From the NCBI GenBank assembly GCA_964456445.1, contig CAYWBI010000001.1, positions 49,593 through 113,592 on the forward strand: a stretch of 64,000 nt of DNA, given 5' to 3'. Numbering within the stretch: the stretch's first letter is position 1; every line of letters starts with the position of its first letter. The stretch comes from an uncultured Calditrichaceae bacterium. Its GTDB lineage: Bacteria > Calditrichota > Calditrichia > Calditrichales > J004. The position numbers were made by a program, and so were the translations under genes. Under the pieces are notes generated by a model that had not been told where the DNA came from, searched no databases, and saw only the letters and a list, made by a program, of their open reading frames with translations. This document shows, one piece after another, positions 1 to 10,006 of the stretch.

Positions 1-173
1 TCCAGGTCATCCCCTTTTATCTGAAGCGCTGCATAAAATTTATCTACTGCCTGTTCGTATTTTTTGGCCTGCATCAATTTTTGTCCTTGTTGATATAACC
101 TGAACCATTCATTTCCGGCGCTGAGGGATGCAACAAAAAACAATATGATCATTAAGCTCATGCGGTGTTTCAT
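1..173 (-). CDS. Secreted TPR-like protein, N-terminal fragment (gene runs off left edge)
   Basis: Reverse-strand ATG at 173-171, preceded by a GGAGAT SD. Hand translation MKHRMSLMIILFFVASLSAGNEWFRLYQQGQKLMQAKKYEQAVDKFYAALQIKGDDL shows a signal-peptide-like hydrophobic stretch followed by a TPR-like helix. It is open-ended and therefore absent from the ORF track. Confidence 0.45.
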   Translation of the reverse strand, partial: MKHRMSLMIILFFVASLSAGNEWFRLYQQGQKLMQAKKYEQAVDKFYAALQIKGDDL

Positions 174-289
174 AATATCTCCAAATCAATAATTTACCGG
201 CCCCAACTTCGGCCTGTATATGATAAATGCGTATTCTTGGTTAAAATAGTCATGTAAAGAATTTAATTAAAACTACCTGATATCTTTTT

Positions 290-808
290 TTAGGAAAAGT
301 TTATAATAGACTCTATAGTGTACGATGTCAATTTATTACGCCCCAGCAAAAAATCAAGTTCGACAAGAAACAAATCCAGTACAACACTTGCGTTACAACG
401 TTCGATAAGCCGGTTTGCGGCAGCAACGGTGCCTCCGGTTGCCAAAAGGTCATCAATAATCACAACACGATCGTCTTTATTAAGGGCATCTTTATGGATT
501 TCGAGTGTATTCTTCCCATATTCCAGTTCATAGGATTCACTGTATGTATCGGCCGGTAACTTGCCCGGTTTGCGGATGGGAATAAATCCCTTGTTTAAAC
601 GGTCGGCCAATGCAGCTGCAAAAATAAATCCCCGTGATTCAATACCACATATATAATCAATTTCAAATGACACAATCTTGTCCTGAAGCAAATCCAGGGC
701 ACGGGAAAATAATTTCGTGTCTTTTAATATCGGGGTAATATCTTTAAAGATAATTCCTTTGGATGGAAAATCCGGCACGTCCCGTATAGCGTTAATAATA
801 TCCTGCAT
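290..808 (-). CDS. apt: Adenine phosphoribosyltransferase
   Basis: PRPP-binding motif VVIIDDLLATGGT, and N-terminus MQDIINAIRDVPDFPSKGIIFKDITPIL typical of APRT. The track ORF extends to 913 (TTG), but the extra 35 aa have no APRT counterpart, so I prefer the internal ATG at 808. Confidence 0.85.
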   Translation of the reverse strand: MQDIINAIRDVPDFPSKGIIFKDITPILKDTKLFSRALDLLQDKIVSFEIDYICGIESRGFIFAAALADRLNKGFIPIRKPGKLPADTYSESYELEYGKNTLEIHKDALNKDDRVVIIDDLLATGGTVAAANRLIERCNASVVLDLFLVELDFLLGRNKLTSYTIESIINFS

Positions 809-909
809 GGTATTCTTTCTTAAAAATTGGTAAAAACACAAACTGTTTCGATCGGTCGCTATTATAGCATCCGGCACAAAAAAATCAACAGATTTGTACA
901 TGGCCGGAG

Positions 910-1182
910 TCAACGGATACTAAAGCCGTTAATTTTGGACGGTAATTCATAGTCCACAATTTGGATGTCTAAAACCCTTGCAAAGGACGGTCCCTGGCGT
1001 AAACGCATTTCGAGATTTTCCAATTGTTCGGATGTACCCTTGGCTATAACTTCCACTCGTCCATCGGACAGGTTGCGAACATATCCCTGAAGCCCCAAAT
1101 TGTTTGCTTCGGTGTTTACAAACCAGCGATAGCCAACACCCTGTACCCTGCCGGATACCAAATATTTTTTTACATGGAACAT
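910..1182 (-). CDS. acyP: Acylphosphatase
   Basis: 90 aa with the signature VSGRVQGVGYRWFV; size is typical of the family. Confidence 0.85.
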   Translation of the reverse strand: MFHVKKYLVSGRVQGVGYRWFVNTEANNLGLQGYVRNLSDGRVEVIAKGTSEQLENLEMRLRQGPSFARVLDIQIVDYELPSKINGFSIR

Positions 1183-1186
1183 TTTA

Positions 1187-2482
1187 CTAAGGATTTAAAC
1201 GTGTCATGGTTCGCGGAAATGGAATTGTTTCGCGAATATGGGTTATGCCACAAATCCAGGCCACCGTACGCTCAATGCCCAGGCCAAAACCGGCATGTGG
1301 AACCGAGCCATAGCGTCGTAAATCTAAATACCAGGAAAAGGCGCTCTCCGGCAAATTATGTTCTTTTATACGGTTTAACAATGTTTCATAATCGTCTTCC
1401 CGCTGCGAACCGCCAATTATTTCTCCATAGCCTTCGGGGGCAAGCATATCCATAGCCAGGGCCGCATCCGGTTCCTTTGGATCACGCTTCATATAAAAGG
1501 CTTTTATGCTTGCCGGATAATTAAAAACAATAACTGGTTTATCAAATTGTTTTGAGATGATCGTTTCATCGGTAGCGCCGAAATCATCCCCGTCTTCAAA
1601 ATCAACGCCATTGTCTTTTAATATTTTAACGGCATCCTTATAATGGATTTTTGGAAAGGGCGCTTCAATAGCTTCAAGCGCGGAGATATCCCGTTCAAGT
1701 ACTTTTAGCTCCGGTATGCGGTTTTTTAAAACACTTTTTACGATATGAGTGATAAATTCCTCGGACACCTGCATATCATCCTGCAAATCACAATATGCCA
1801 TTTCGGGTTCAATCATCCAGAATTCTGTTAAATGCCGGCGGGTCTTGGATTTTTCCGCACGGAAAGTCGGGCCGAAAGTGTAAACATTGCCAAAGGCCAT
1901 GGCAGAGGCCTCTGCATATAACTGGCCGCTTTGTGTGAGATATGCTTTTTGGTCAAAATAGTCGGTTTCAAATAAGTTGGTTGTACCCTCGGCCGCGTTC
2001 GGCGTAAATATTGGGGAATCCACCAGCGTAAAGTCACGCTTATCAAAAAATTCCCGGGCCGCCCGGATAATTTCATGACGGATTCGCAAGATGGCATGTT
2101 GCCTGGACGAACGTAGCCAGAGATGACGGTGGTCCATCAAAAAATCCGTACCGTGTTCCTTCTTCGTAATCGGGTAGTCCACGGCAAGATGTATGATTTC
2201 TAAATTGCTAACCTGCAATTCAAAACCAATGGCCGAACGATCATCTTTTGAAACCGTACCGGTTACGATCAATGAACTTTCCTGGGTGCTTTGTGTTGCT
2301 AAATCAAATACTTCTTCGGATACAGCCCCTTTAAAAACAACACATTGGATAATAGCGCTGCCATCACGGACCAGCATAAAGCGCAGCTTTCCACTTGAAC
2401 GCTTGTTATATAACCATCCTTTTATTGTTACTTCTTTCCCCTCATACCGGGCAACATTTTGAATTTTTATAGTTTCGGCCAT
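1187..2482 (-). CDS. asnS: Asparagine--tRNA ligase (class II aaRS)
   Basis: 431 aa. It has an N-terminal OB anticodon-binding fold, motif 2-like [24 protein letters not shown] and motif 3 [12 protein letters not shown]. Length and motifs fit AsnRS rather than bacterial AspRS. Confidence 0.85.
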   Translation of the reverse strand: MAETIKIQNVARYEGKEVTIKGWLYNKRSSGKLRFMLVRDGSAIIQCVVFKGAVSEEVFDLATQSTQESSLIVTGTVSKDDRSAIGFELQVSNLEIIHLAVDYPITKKEHGTDFLMDHRHLWLRSSRQHAILRIRHEIIRAAREFFDKRDFTLVDSPIFTPNAAEGTTNLFETDYFDQKAYLTQSGQLYAEASAMAFGNVYTFGPTFRAEKSKTRRHLTEFWMIEPEMAYCDLQDDMQVSEEFITHIVKSVLKNRIPELKVLERDISALEAIEAPFPKIHYKDAVKILKDNGVDFEDGDDFGATDETIISKQFDKPVIVFNYPASIKAFYMKRDPKEPDAALAMDMLAPEGYGEIIGGSQREDDYETLLNRIKEHNLPESAFSWYLDLRRYGSVPHAGFGLGIERTVAWICGITHIRETIPFPRTMTRLNP

Positions 2483-2613
2483 TATTTCCTTTCAACAAAG
2501 AATTATTCAAACACGTAATTTATTTATCCTGGTTTTCCCATTCAAGAAAAACAGGCCCATATTACGATAAAACTAAACATGTATGATTTTTATTATCCAT
2601 GCAATAAAGCATT

Positions 2614-3621
2614 TCAGGGCATTTCACCTTTAATAAACTTCTCTAACAATTGCACGTCATACTTTGAGCCAATATAAAGCGGCGTCCGCTGATGTAGCTC
2701 TTTGGGCGGGATTTCGAGAATCCTTCGGGTTCCATCACTGGCCTTTCCACCTGCCTGTTCACAAATGAAGGCCATCGGGTTGGCCTCATAGCCAAGCCGT
2801 AATTTTCCTTCCGGCGCTGTTTTGCTTGCCGGGTATAAAAAAATACCGCCATAAAGAAGGTTCCGATGAAAATCACTGACCATACTGCCGATATAACGTG
2901 AGTTTAACGGTCGTTTTGTGGCCGGGTCAATTTGCTTGACATAGTGTACATAGTTCTTGACCGTTTGGTCCCAATAATCAAAATTACTTTCATTGACACT
3001 ATAAATTTTTGCGCGTTCCGGGATTCTCAGATTGGGATGGGAAAGAACAAATTCACCATAGCTGGGATCCAGCGTAAAGCCATGTACACCAGAGCCCGTG
3101 GTGTAAACCAACATGGTGCTGGAGCCATAAATTACATAACCGGCACATATTTGCTTTATTCCCGGTTGTAGAAGGTCTTCAAGTTGGCCCGGTGTATTCT
3201 CCGGGGTTACACGGTGGTAAATTGCGAAAATAGTTCCTACACTTACATTTGCATCAATATTGCTTGAACCATCAAGTGGATCGAACAGGATAACATATTT
3301 CCCCACCGGAAATTCATCAGGAATAGGGATGGGAAGCTCTTCTTCTTCGGAACCCATAACGCATAGATGGCCACCATGATCAAGTGCGCGGTACATGGTT
3401 TCATGGGCATAAACATCTAATTTCTTCACATCCTCGCCCTGTATGTTTTTTTTCCCTGCTTCACCAAGCACGCCAAGTAAACCCGCTTTATTGGTCTGGT
3501 ATGAAATTAATTTTGCGGCAAAGGCGATATCGTTCATCAAATCGGTAAAATCACCGGTGGCTGTTGGGTGCTTGCGTTCCTCTTCAATAATATGCCGTGT
3601 GAGGGTTACAATTTTTTGCAT
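2614..3621 (-). CDS. fbp: Fructose-1,6-bisphosphatase class I
   Basis: 335 aa with the metal-binding motif DPLDGSSNID and YIGSMVSDFHRNLLYGGIFLYP typical of class I FBPase. Confidence 0.9.
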   Translation of the reverse strand: MQKIVTLTRHIIEEERKHPTATGDFTDLMNDIAFAAKLISYQTNKAGLLGVLGEAGKKNIQGEDVKKLDVYAHETMYRALDHGGHLCVMGSEEEELPIPIPDEFPVGKYVILFDPLDGSSNIDANVSVGTIFAIYHRVTPENTPGQLEDLLQPGIKQICAGYVIYGSSTMLVYTTGSGVHGFTLDPSYGEFVLSHPNLRIPERAKIYSVNESNFDYWDQTVKNYVHYVKQIDPATKRPLNSRYIGSMVSDFHRNLLYGGIFLYPASKTAPEGKLRLGYEANPMAFICEQAGGKASDGTRRILEIPPKELHQRTPLYIGSKYDVQLLEKFIKGEMP

Positions 3622-3955
3622 TTTTCCTCCGTAATCGGGATTTATTTAGATAAATCACAAATTTACAATTGGTTATCGGGCATATTTGTGATATGCTTCA
3701 AAAGTTGGAATTAAATTCTATAAATAAAAACAGATGAGCTTAATGTAAGCATTTTAAAATTGGAATGAAATATGATTGAAGGATTTTTTACAATGGGGAA
3801 TCTTAAAGCCATAGCGCTGTTCGCACAGCGGCACTACGGAAGATCGGGGACTAATTTACATCACCGGGATTCATCTAAAGGTGTTCCCGGGTAACGATGC
3901 CGAATACGTGGCAAATAGCAAAAGCCAACTCCTGTTTTCCCCACTTCCGTTCGCC

Positions 3956-5008
3956 TTACAACAAATGGTCAAGTATTAAGTTGACCGATTCCACAATGCG
4001 TTGATCGCGGGGGCGTAAATCCGGTTTAAAAGTTTTGCCCGTTAAAAGCTGAAGACCGGAAATATAGCGTACGGCAATTTGATTTACCTGACCTTCTGTA
4101 AATTGCATAGCCTTTTCTGTTACCATGCCCCGGGCAAATTCCTTTGAGAATGAAACCGGTTTACCGTCACGGACGATTATACGGCCATCCGTACCCATCT
4201 TCCAGAACCGGGATGAATCCATGGTGTAAACCTCATCGGCAACAACGATTTGACCGGCATGATTTACACCGTGTTCCGTCTTGGTATCCACGAGCACCAT
4301 ATTGCGTTCACGCAGGTATTGGCTGACCATGCCAAAGGCCATCAAACTTCCATTACGAATTTGACGGTATTCATCTTCAGTACAAATATTGTTTTCAGTC
4401 AGATAGGCCGGATTGATGGTACGGTCTGATTTGTCCTTGGTGGACGGTGTGTCCAACACGTATGGCAAACGACCGTTGGGGAGAAGCTCATTTGTTTTTA
4501 AACGATGGCCCGCAAATTCCAACCATTCGATATTGGATGCCCTGGCGCTTAACCAGTGCTGATAGAGGGACGTGGACGTGCTGCTCTCTGCCATATACAT
4601 ACGGATTACATTTTCCAGGGCAATCAATCGCAAATTTTCTGCTGGAATGACCGTGGATGACGCTTTCAATCCGGGGATATAAAATTGGGATGTGCCGAGA
4701 ACATCTCTTACTATGCCCAGCATCAGATCGTGGTTTTGTGCCAAAACCTGATCTTTAAAAGGGATGAGACCTCTATTGACATCATGAGTGGAAATTCGGT
4801 TGTTGCGGAACATAAGACGCAAAGGGACACCGTTTGCTGTTTTTAGCGCCGGACCAAAAACAGAATCAGAAACCTTTCCCTGTAAAACGGTACATTCTTT
4901 TAACCGTGGCAATTCATTGTCGGTAATTAATTGTTGGATCGTACGACCCTGATTAACCCTTGAACCATACTCGCTAACCAAATTTATGATTTCTTTTTCA
5001 CTTAGCAT
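3956..5008 (-). CDS. purC: Phosphoribosylaminoimidazole-succinocarboxamide (SAICAR) synthase, long form
   Basis: 350 aa. The segment LVDTKTEHGVNHAGQIVVADEVYTMDSSRFW resembles the PurC DTKFEFG...DE..TPDSSR.W core. purM lies nearby. Confidence 0.65.
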   Translation of the reverse strand: MLSEKEIINLVSEYGSRVNQGRTIQQLITDNELPRLKECTVLQGKVSDSVFGPALKTANGVPLRLMFRNNRISTHDVNRGLIPFKDQVLAQNHDLMLGIVRDVLGTSQFYIPGLKASSTVIPAENLRLIALENVIRMYMAESSTSTSLYQHWLSARASNIEWLEFAGHRLKTNELLPNGRLPYVLDTPSTKDKSDRTINPAYLTENNICTEDEYRQIRNGSLMAFGMVSQYLRERNMVLVDTKTEHGVNHAGQIVVADEVYTMDSSRFWKMGTDGRIIVRDGKPVSFSKEFARGMVTEKAMQFTEGQVNQIAVRYISGLQLLTGKTFKPDLRPRDQRIVESVNLILDHLL

Positions 5009-5224
5009 GATCTAAGCCTATGCTTTAAATATTTACAGTTCTGTTTATAGTGAAGGTCTTTGATTCAATGAAATATTCCGTGAATCACTATCCGTCTTTG
5101 TAACCCAGCTTTTTTTAATCTTCTTTGTTATAGTTCTATCTCGTTCAATTTTAGCGTTTCGTGTCATAGATAAAGGGTCTAAACTTATTTATCGAAGAAA
5201 CAAATTATAAATGGCAAAATATTA

Positions 5225-6229
5225 TCAACTCCAGTCTTCATGTTTGGATGCACGTGTCATCAGATCTACCATGGCCTGGTGCGGTGATTTACCATCAAAA
5301 AGCGTATGATAAATCTGTTTGGTAATCGGCATTTCCACATGGTGTTTTTGGGCCAGCTCATAGGCGGAAAGCGTCGTTTTGACCCCTTCGGCCACCATTA
5401 CCATTTCATCCAGGATATCCTGTAAATTCCGGCCTTTACCTATTTGCTCGCCTACATAGCGGTTCCGCGAATGCTGGCTCATACAGGTCACAATAAGATC
5501 GCCCATGCCGCTAAGACCCGCAAAGGTATCGCTATGCGCGCCAAGCTCTACTCCCATACGGTTGATCTCCACCAGACCACGGGTTATCAAAGCCGCCTTG
5601 GTGTTGTCGCCAAATCCGGCGCCATCGCAAATACCGGCCGCCAGGGCGATGATGTTTTTTAAGGCCCCTCCAAGCTCTACACCTATCACATCCCGATTGA
5701 CATAAACCCGAAAATATTTATTCATAAAAATATCCTGCACCACCCGGGCGGAGTCAATGTTTTGCGAGGCCGATACGATTGCGGTGGGGATTTTACGCGC
5801 AACTTCCTCGGCATGGCTTGGCCCGGACAGGACGACTATTTTCTCCGCTGAAATACCGCCTGCTTCCGCCAGCACTTCGGATATGCGCATATATGTTTTA
5901 TTTTCAATGCCTTTTGATACGGTTACAAAAATAGCATCCGGGTTGTCAAGATGTGGGCGGAGTTTTTTTATAACGTCACGTGTAACCTGGGAAGGCACGG
6001 CGGAAATGATTACTTGTGCCCCGCTGATGGAGGCCGTAAGGTCTGTTGTGAAGTTCAAACCATCCGGGATGGGTATTTTGGGCAGGTATTTTTCGTTTTC
6101 CTGTTTTGTTCTCACCGATTCAACGACAAAGGCGTCCCGGGTCCAACATGTTACCTTATGGCCATTTTCATTTAAAACCAATGCCAGCGCCGTACCCCAG
6201 CTTCCTGAACCGATCATTGCAATTTTCAT
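5225..6229 (-). CDS. gpsA: NAD(P)H-dependent glycerol-3-phosphate dehydrogenase
   Basis: N-terminal Rossmann motif MKIAMIGSGSWGTALA and the GALKNIIALAAG motif. It is adjacent to plsY, as in many bacteria. Confidence 0.9.
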   Translation of the reverse strand: MKIAMIGSGSWGTALALVLNENGHKVTCWTRDAFVVESVRTKQENEKYLPKIPIPDGLNFTTDLTASISGAQVIISAVPSQVTRDVIKKLRPHLDNPDAIFVTVSKGIENKTYMRISEVLAEAGGISAEKIVVLSGPSHAEEVARKIPTAIVSASQNIDSARVVQDIFMNKYFRVYVNRDVIGVELGGALKNIIALAAGICDGAGFGDNTKAALITRGLVEINRMGVELGAHSDTFAGLSGMGDLIVTCMSQHSRNRYVGEQIGKGRNLQDILDEMVMVAEGVKTTLSAYELAQKHHVEMPITKQIYHTLFDGKSPHQAMVDLMTRASKHEDWS

Positions 6230-6240
6230 AAAACAATCTC

Positions 6241-6876
6241 CTATTCGTTTTTACTTTTAAAACTGACTTTGCTTTCGTTACCGGCCAGCAGACGTTGGAT
6301 ATTGGCACGATGCGCAAACCAAATCAATGCGACCACCAGCCCGCTAACATAGAGCAGAACATCGGGAACAGGTATGTGCAACATATATTTTTGCACAATT
6401 TCGGTCAGGATAAAAATCAGTGCGGCCACTAGTGATCCAAGGGAGACATAACGTGTAAGAAAAACCACTATAATAAATCCCAGCAAGGCAATAAGCAGAG
6501 CTGCAGGGGCCAACCCCAAAAACACACCGGCGGCCGTACCAACGCCTTTCCCCCCGCGGAACCCGGCAAAGACCGTCCAAATATGACCGGCGATGGCTGC
6601 AAAAGCGGCCAGTATTTGAAAATAAATGACCATATCGCCCTGCCCTACGATAAAACCGGTGAGCCAAAACACGGGCACAAAACCCTTGAGCATATCAATC
6701 AACAATACGACTAATGCAGCTTTCCAGCCGAGAATACGCAGAACATTGGTGGCTCCGGCATTTCCGCTGCCATGGTCACGGATATCAATTTTTTTTAGAA
6801 TTTTTCCGGCTATGATCGCGGTTGGAAATGATCCGAAAAGATAAGCGACCAGTGCTACAATAAAAGCATGAACCAT
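6241..6876 (-). CDS. plsY: Glycerol-3-phosphate acyltransferase PlsY
   Basis: 211-aa polytopic membrane protein with HGSGNAGATNVLR and GFRGGKGVGTAAG motifs. Confidence 0.9.
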   Translation of the reverse strand: MVHAFIVALVAYLFGSFPTAIIAGKILKKIDIRDHGSGNAGATNVLRILGWKAALVVLLIDMLKGFVPVFWLTGFIVGQGDMVIYFQILAAFAAIAGHIWTVFAGFRGGKGVGTAAGVFLGLAPAALLIALLGFIIVVFLTRYVSLGSLVAALIFILTEIVQKYMLHIPVPDVLLYVSGLVVALIWFAHRANIQRLLAGNESKVSFKSKNE

Positions 6877-6928
6877 AATTCCCCTCTGTTTAACATAAAA
6901 TAAGCGTGTATCTCAGTCGGCCAGGTTT

Positions 6929-7921
6929 CTATTCCACCTGTCCGATAAGCCAGGAACGGTGCCCTTTTTCAAATATTTTAACCTGTGCATCATCAACTTT
7001 GGTTTTATCCATAATTGCTACCAGGCCTATACCAAGGTTAAAAGCCTGGCGGGCGTCCTCTTCCGGTACATTTCCCGTTTTTTGTATAAAATCAAAAATA
7101 GGCGGACGTTTCCAGGCATCCCATTGGATGCTCAATTGCTGCCCATCCTGCAGGATACGCCGTGTATTGCCGATGATTCCACCACCGGTAATGTGAGCAA
7201 AACCGTTGACGCCAAGCGGTAATAAGGCCTGAATGGTATCGAGGTAGCAGGTATGGGGTTTTAGCAGGATTTCGGCAAGCGTTCCGCCCAATTCGGCAAT
7301 GTAGCTTTCTGCCTTATATGGACCGAACAATACTTTGCGTGCCAGGGAATAACCATTTGTATGTAAGCCGTTGGACGCAATACCGATGAGTATATCGCCT
7401 GATCTTATATTTTCACCGCTAATGATCTCATCTTTTTCGATGATACCGACAATAGTCCCGCACAGATCGTAATCCCGGCCATGATAAATACCGGGCATTT
7501 CTGCCGTTTCCCCACCAATCAGGGCACAATTGCTTTCCTTACAACCACGGACAAAACCGGAAATGACATCGGCAAACACCGCTTTGTCCAATTGTGCCGT
7601 GCCGAAATAGTCCAGAAAATAAAGTGGTTTGGCACCCATCACGGCGATGTCGTTTACACAGTGATTGATCAGGTCCTCGCCAACAGTGTTGTGTTTACCG
7701 GCCATGACAGCCACCCGCAGTTTGGTTCCAACGCCATCGGTACTGGATACAAGCACCGGTTGTTTGTACCCGGACGGCAGTTCAAACAATCCGCCAAATC
7801 CTCCTACGCTACCCAATACCCCGGGAGTAAATGTGGAACTGATTTGTGTTTTTACCTTTTCCAGGGCCTCGGCCCCCCGTGCAATATCAACGCCGGAAGC
7901 GGCATATGTTGTCTTCTTCAT
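6929..7921 (-). CDS. purM: Phosphoribosylformylglycinamidine cyclo-ligase (AIR synthase)
   Basis: 330 aa with YAASGVDI, SSTDGVGTKLRVA and AHITGGG motifs. Confidence 0.9.
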   Translation of the reverse strand: MKKTTYAASGVDIARGAEALEKVKTQISSTFTPGVLGSVGGFGGLFELPSGYKQPVLVSSTDGVGTKLRVAVMAGKHNTVGEDLINHCVNDIAVMGAKPLYFLDYFGTAQLDKAVFADVISGFVRGCKESNCALIGGETAEMPGIYHGRDYDLCGTIVGIIEKDEIISGENIRSGDILIGIASNGLHTNGYSLARKVLFGPYKAESYIAELGGTLAEILLKPHTCYLDTIQALLPLGVNGFAHITGGGIIGNTRRILQDGQQLSIQWDAWKRPPIFDFIQKTGNVPEEDARQAFNLGIGLVAIMDKTKVDDAQVKIFEKGHRSWLIGQVE

Positions 7922-7960
7922 GAAATAAAAATCGACCTGTTATGGGTGTAGAACTGACAT

Positions 7961-7989
7961 AAAAAGGGCTGCCTTGAAAAAGACAGCCC
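7961..7989 (-). terminator. Rho-independent terminator downstream of the acyl-CoA ligase gene
   Basis: Minus-strand reading is GGGCTG-(12 nt loop)-CAGCCC followed by TTTTTAT. It lies 10 nt after the stop at 7999. Confidence 0.6.
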
Positions 7990-7998
7990 GGACAGCGG

Positions 7999-9795
7999 TT
8001 AATCTTTGTATATCGCCTCAATCTCAGCGGAATATTCCTGGACAACGACCTTTCTCTTCACCTTTAAAGAGGGCGTTAACTCACCGGTTTCGATACTGAA
8101 TGGCGCGGTTGCAACCACGATGTTCTTTATTTTCTCATAACGCGCCACATTGCCGGACAAGCGGTCTATCTCGGTCAAGAGCAATTCTTTTACGCCCGGT
8201 AATTTTACAAGCTCCTTATAATTGGCGTATTTTAAGCCCTTGGCGTCGGCCCACTTTTGCAGGGTTTCTTCCGTTGGGACAATGACTGCGCTGCAAAATT
8301 TCCTTTTGTCACCGATCATGGTACATTGTTCGATGTATTTACTGGTGATCATCATCCCTTCGATGGGCTGTGGTGCGATGTTTTTGCCACCGGCTGTTAC
8401 CAGGATGTTTTTCTTGCGATCGGTGATTTTCAGGAATCCATCTTCATCTAAATGGCCGATATCACCGGTGTGGAACCAACCGTCATCGTCAATCACCTCT
8501 TTTGTTTCCGCTTCCTTTTTATAATAACCAACCATGATATTTGGGCCCTTGGCGCAAATTTCACCATCCTCGGCAATCTTAACCTCCACGCCTGGTGCGG
8601 CGGGGCCAACAGTGCCAAAGCGGAATTTTTCCATTTTGTTCACCGTAATCAGCGGCGATGTTTCTGTAAGCCCATATCCTTCCAATATAATCAAACCGGC
8701 CGCGCCAAAAAATTCGGCTATCTCCGGTGACAAAGGCGCCCCACCGCTTACAAAGAAGCGGATTTTCCCGCCCACACGTTCACTCAGTTTACTAAAAACA
8801 AGTTTATAAGCCAGGTTGCGTTTTATTTGCAACACCGGGTTAATGGATTGTTTATTGCTGATTTTATTGACATATTTCCTGCCAACGCCAACGGCCCAAT
8901 GAAATATTTTTTGCTTGGCCCCCGAGCCCAACTCGACATTTTCCAACACACGGGCATACATCTTTTCATATAGACGCGGAACAGATATCATTATTGTTGG
9001 GTTTATTTCCCCCATGTTAACTGGGACAAGATCAATGCTTTCTGCATACGCGATAGTTGCACCGCTGTAATATGGCAAAAAATGTCCGGCCATCCGTTCA
9101 AATACATGGCTGAGGGGCAAAAAACTTAAAAAGGTATCATCCGGCCCTACCGACAAACATTCCAATCCTGCTTCCACATTAGACAGCATATTGCCATGGG
9201 TCAATATAGCACCTTTCGGCTCACCGGTTGTTCCGGATGTATAAATAATGGTTGCCCAATCATCGGCGGACACCGTGGCAATGGTATCGCTGACTATACC
9301 GGGCTCTTTCGTCAGACGTTCTGTGCCCTCTTCCATCAGGGTATCAAGACCCTTCCAATAATCCTTTGCTTCTGTATTTTTATAATCGATTATGTAAAAT
9401 GATTTTGCGGAAGTCAATCCTTCTTTCACATCATTGATCTTTTGAACCTGGGTTTGATCAAGGGCAAATATTGCAACGGCCTCCGAATCGTTCACGATAT
9501 ACTGAACCTGTTCCCTAAGCAGGGACGGATATACCGTAACGAGGACAGCGCCAAGCGAAAGAACGGCATAATCGATAATGGCCCACTCCAGTTGGTTGGA
9601 TGAAACTATTGCTACTTTATCACCGCGTTTTACCCCTTCGGCTAAAAGACCGGCGGCAATACGTTCGCCCATAGTCACTGCCCCATCATAGGTAACGGAC
9701 AGCCATTTGCCATCTTGTTTATATTTATAAGCGATTTTATGTGGCATGTCCGTGCGTTTGGCCATAAACATGGCCCCAAGGCTATTATATTTCAT
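7999..9795 (-). CDS. Long-chain fatty acid--CoA ligase (AMP-binding family)
   Basis: AMP-binding cores YTSGTTGEPKGA, GYGLTETS and TGDIGHLDEDGFLKITDRKK. I prefer the ATG at 9795 (MKYNSLGAMF...), which is preceded by a GGGGGAG SD; the track ORF start at 9870 adds an implausible 25 aa. Confidence 0.8.
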   Translation of the reverse strand: MKYNSLGAMFMAKRTDMPHKIAYKYKQDGKWLSVTYDGAVTMGERIAAGLLAEGVKRGDKVAIVSSNQLEWAIIDYAVLSLGAVLVTVYPSLLREQVQYIVNDSEAVAIFALDQTQVQKINDVKEGLTSAKSFYIIDYKNTEAKDYWKGLDTLMEEGTERLTKEPGIVSDTIATVSADDWATIIYTSGTTGEPKGAILTHGNMLSNVEAGLECLSVGPDDTFLSFLPLSHVFERMAGHFLPYYSGATIAYAESIDLVPVNMGEINPTIMISVPRLYEKMYARVLENVELGSGAKQKIFHWAVGVGRKYVNKISNKQSINPVLQIKRNLAYKLVFSKLSERVGGKIRFFVSGGAPLSPEIAEFFGAAGLIILEGYGLTETSPLITVNKMEKFRFGTVGPAAPGVEVKIAEDGEICAKGPNIMVGYYKKEAETKEVIDDDGWFHTGDIGHLDEDGFLKITDRKKNILVTAGGKNIAPQPIEGMMITSKYIEQCTMIGDKRKFCSAVIVPTEETLQKWADAKGLKYANYKELVKLPGVKELLLTEIDRLSGNVARYEKIKNIVVATAPFSIETGELTPSLKVKRKVVVQEYSAEIEAIYKD

Positions 9796-10006
9796 CTTGC
9801 TCCCCCAATGTAAGAATGTACTATAAAGAATTTGATGGTTAAAAAAGATAGGATAATACAAGTTAAGCAAAATTTAATTCTTTTCAAGTGCTGCTTTTGA
9901 AATTTATTGTTTGCTATATTTTAAATGGGTGGTAAGTTTCTTGCGGACGGGCACAATTATCACTTATTCAAAAATACCTTGCCCCGTGCCTTATCATTTC
10001 CTGTTT

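Noticed and set aside
808-913. N-terminal extensions in track ORFs: apt to 913, the acyl-CoA ligase to 9870, yqeY to 16315 and ppdK to 26588
   Set aside because: The extra residues have no counterpart in the respective families, and better-placed ATG codons with SD-like sequences exist downstream. For ppdK the alternative start lies inside the GGAGGA SD of the preferred start.
1024-1455. Plus-strand ORFs antisense to housekeeping genes (1024..1455, 5757..6260, 7481..7951, 10205..10579, 21118..21483, 23458..23811)
   Set aside because: Each is fully overlapped by a conserved minus-strand gene with clear family motifs. Their translations are compositionally odd and lack motifs.
3622-3955. A 334-bp gap between purC and fbp with two short hairpins (CGCTG..CAGCG near 3825-3840; CCGGGA..TCCCGG 3864-3890) and a 38-aa ORF
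   Set aside because: The hairpins are short (5-6 bp) and neither is followed by a U-tract on the minus strand. The small ORF has no RBS or recognisable features. The support is insufficient for a terminator, sRNA or peptide call.
5009-5224. Purine/ZTP riboswitch upstream of purC, or a T-box upstream of asnS (2483-2613)
   Set aside because: Both leaders are AT-rich, with none of the conserved GC-rich helices or consensus boxes I would expect. Nothing supports an RNA element.
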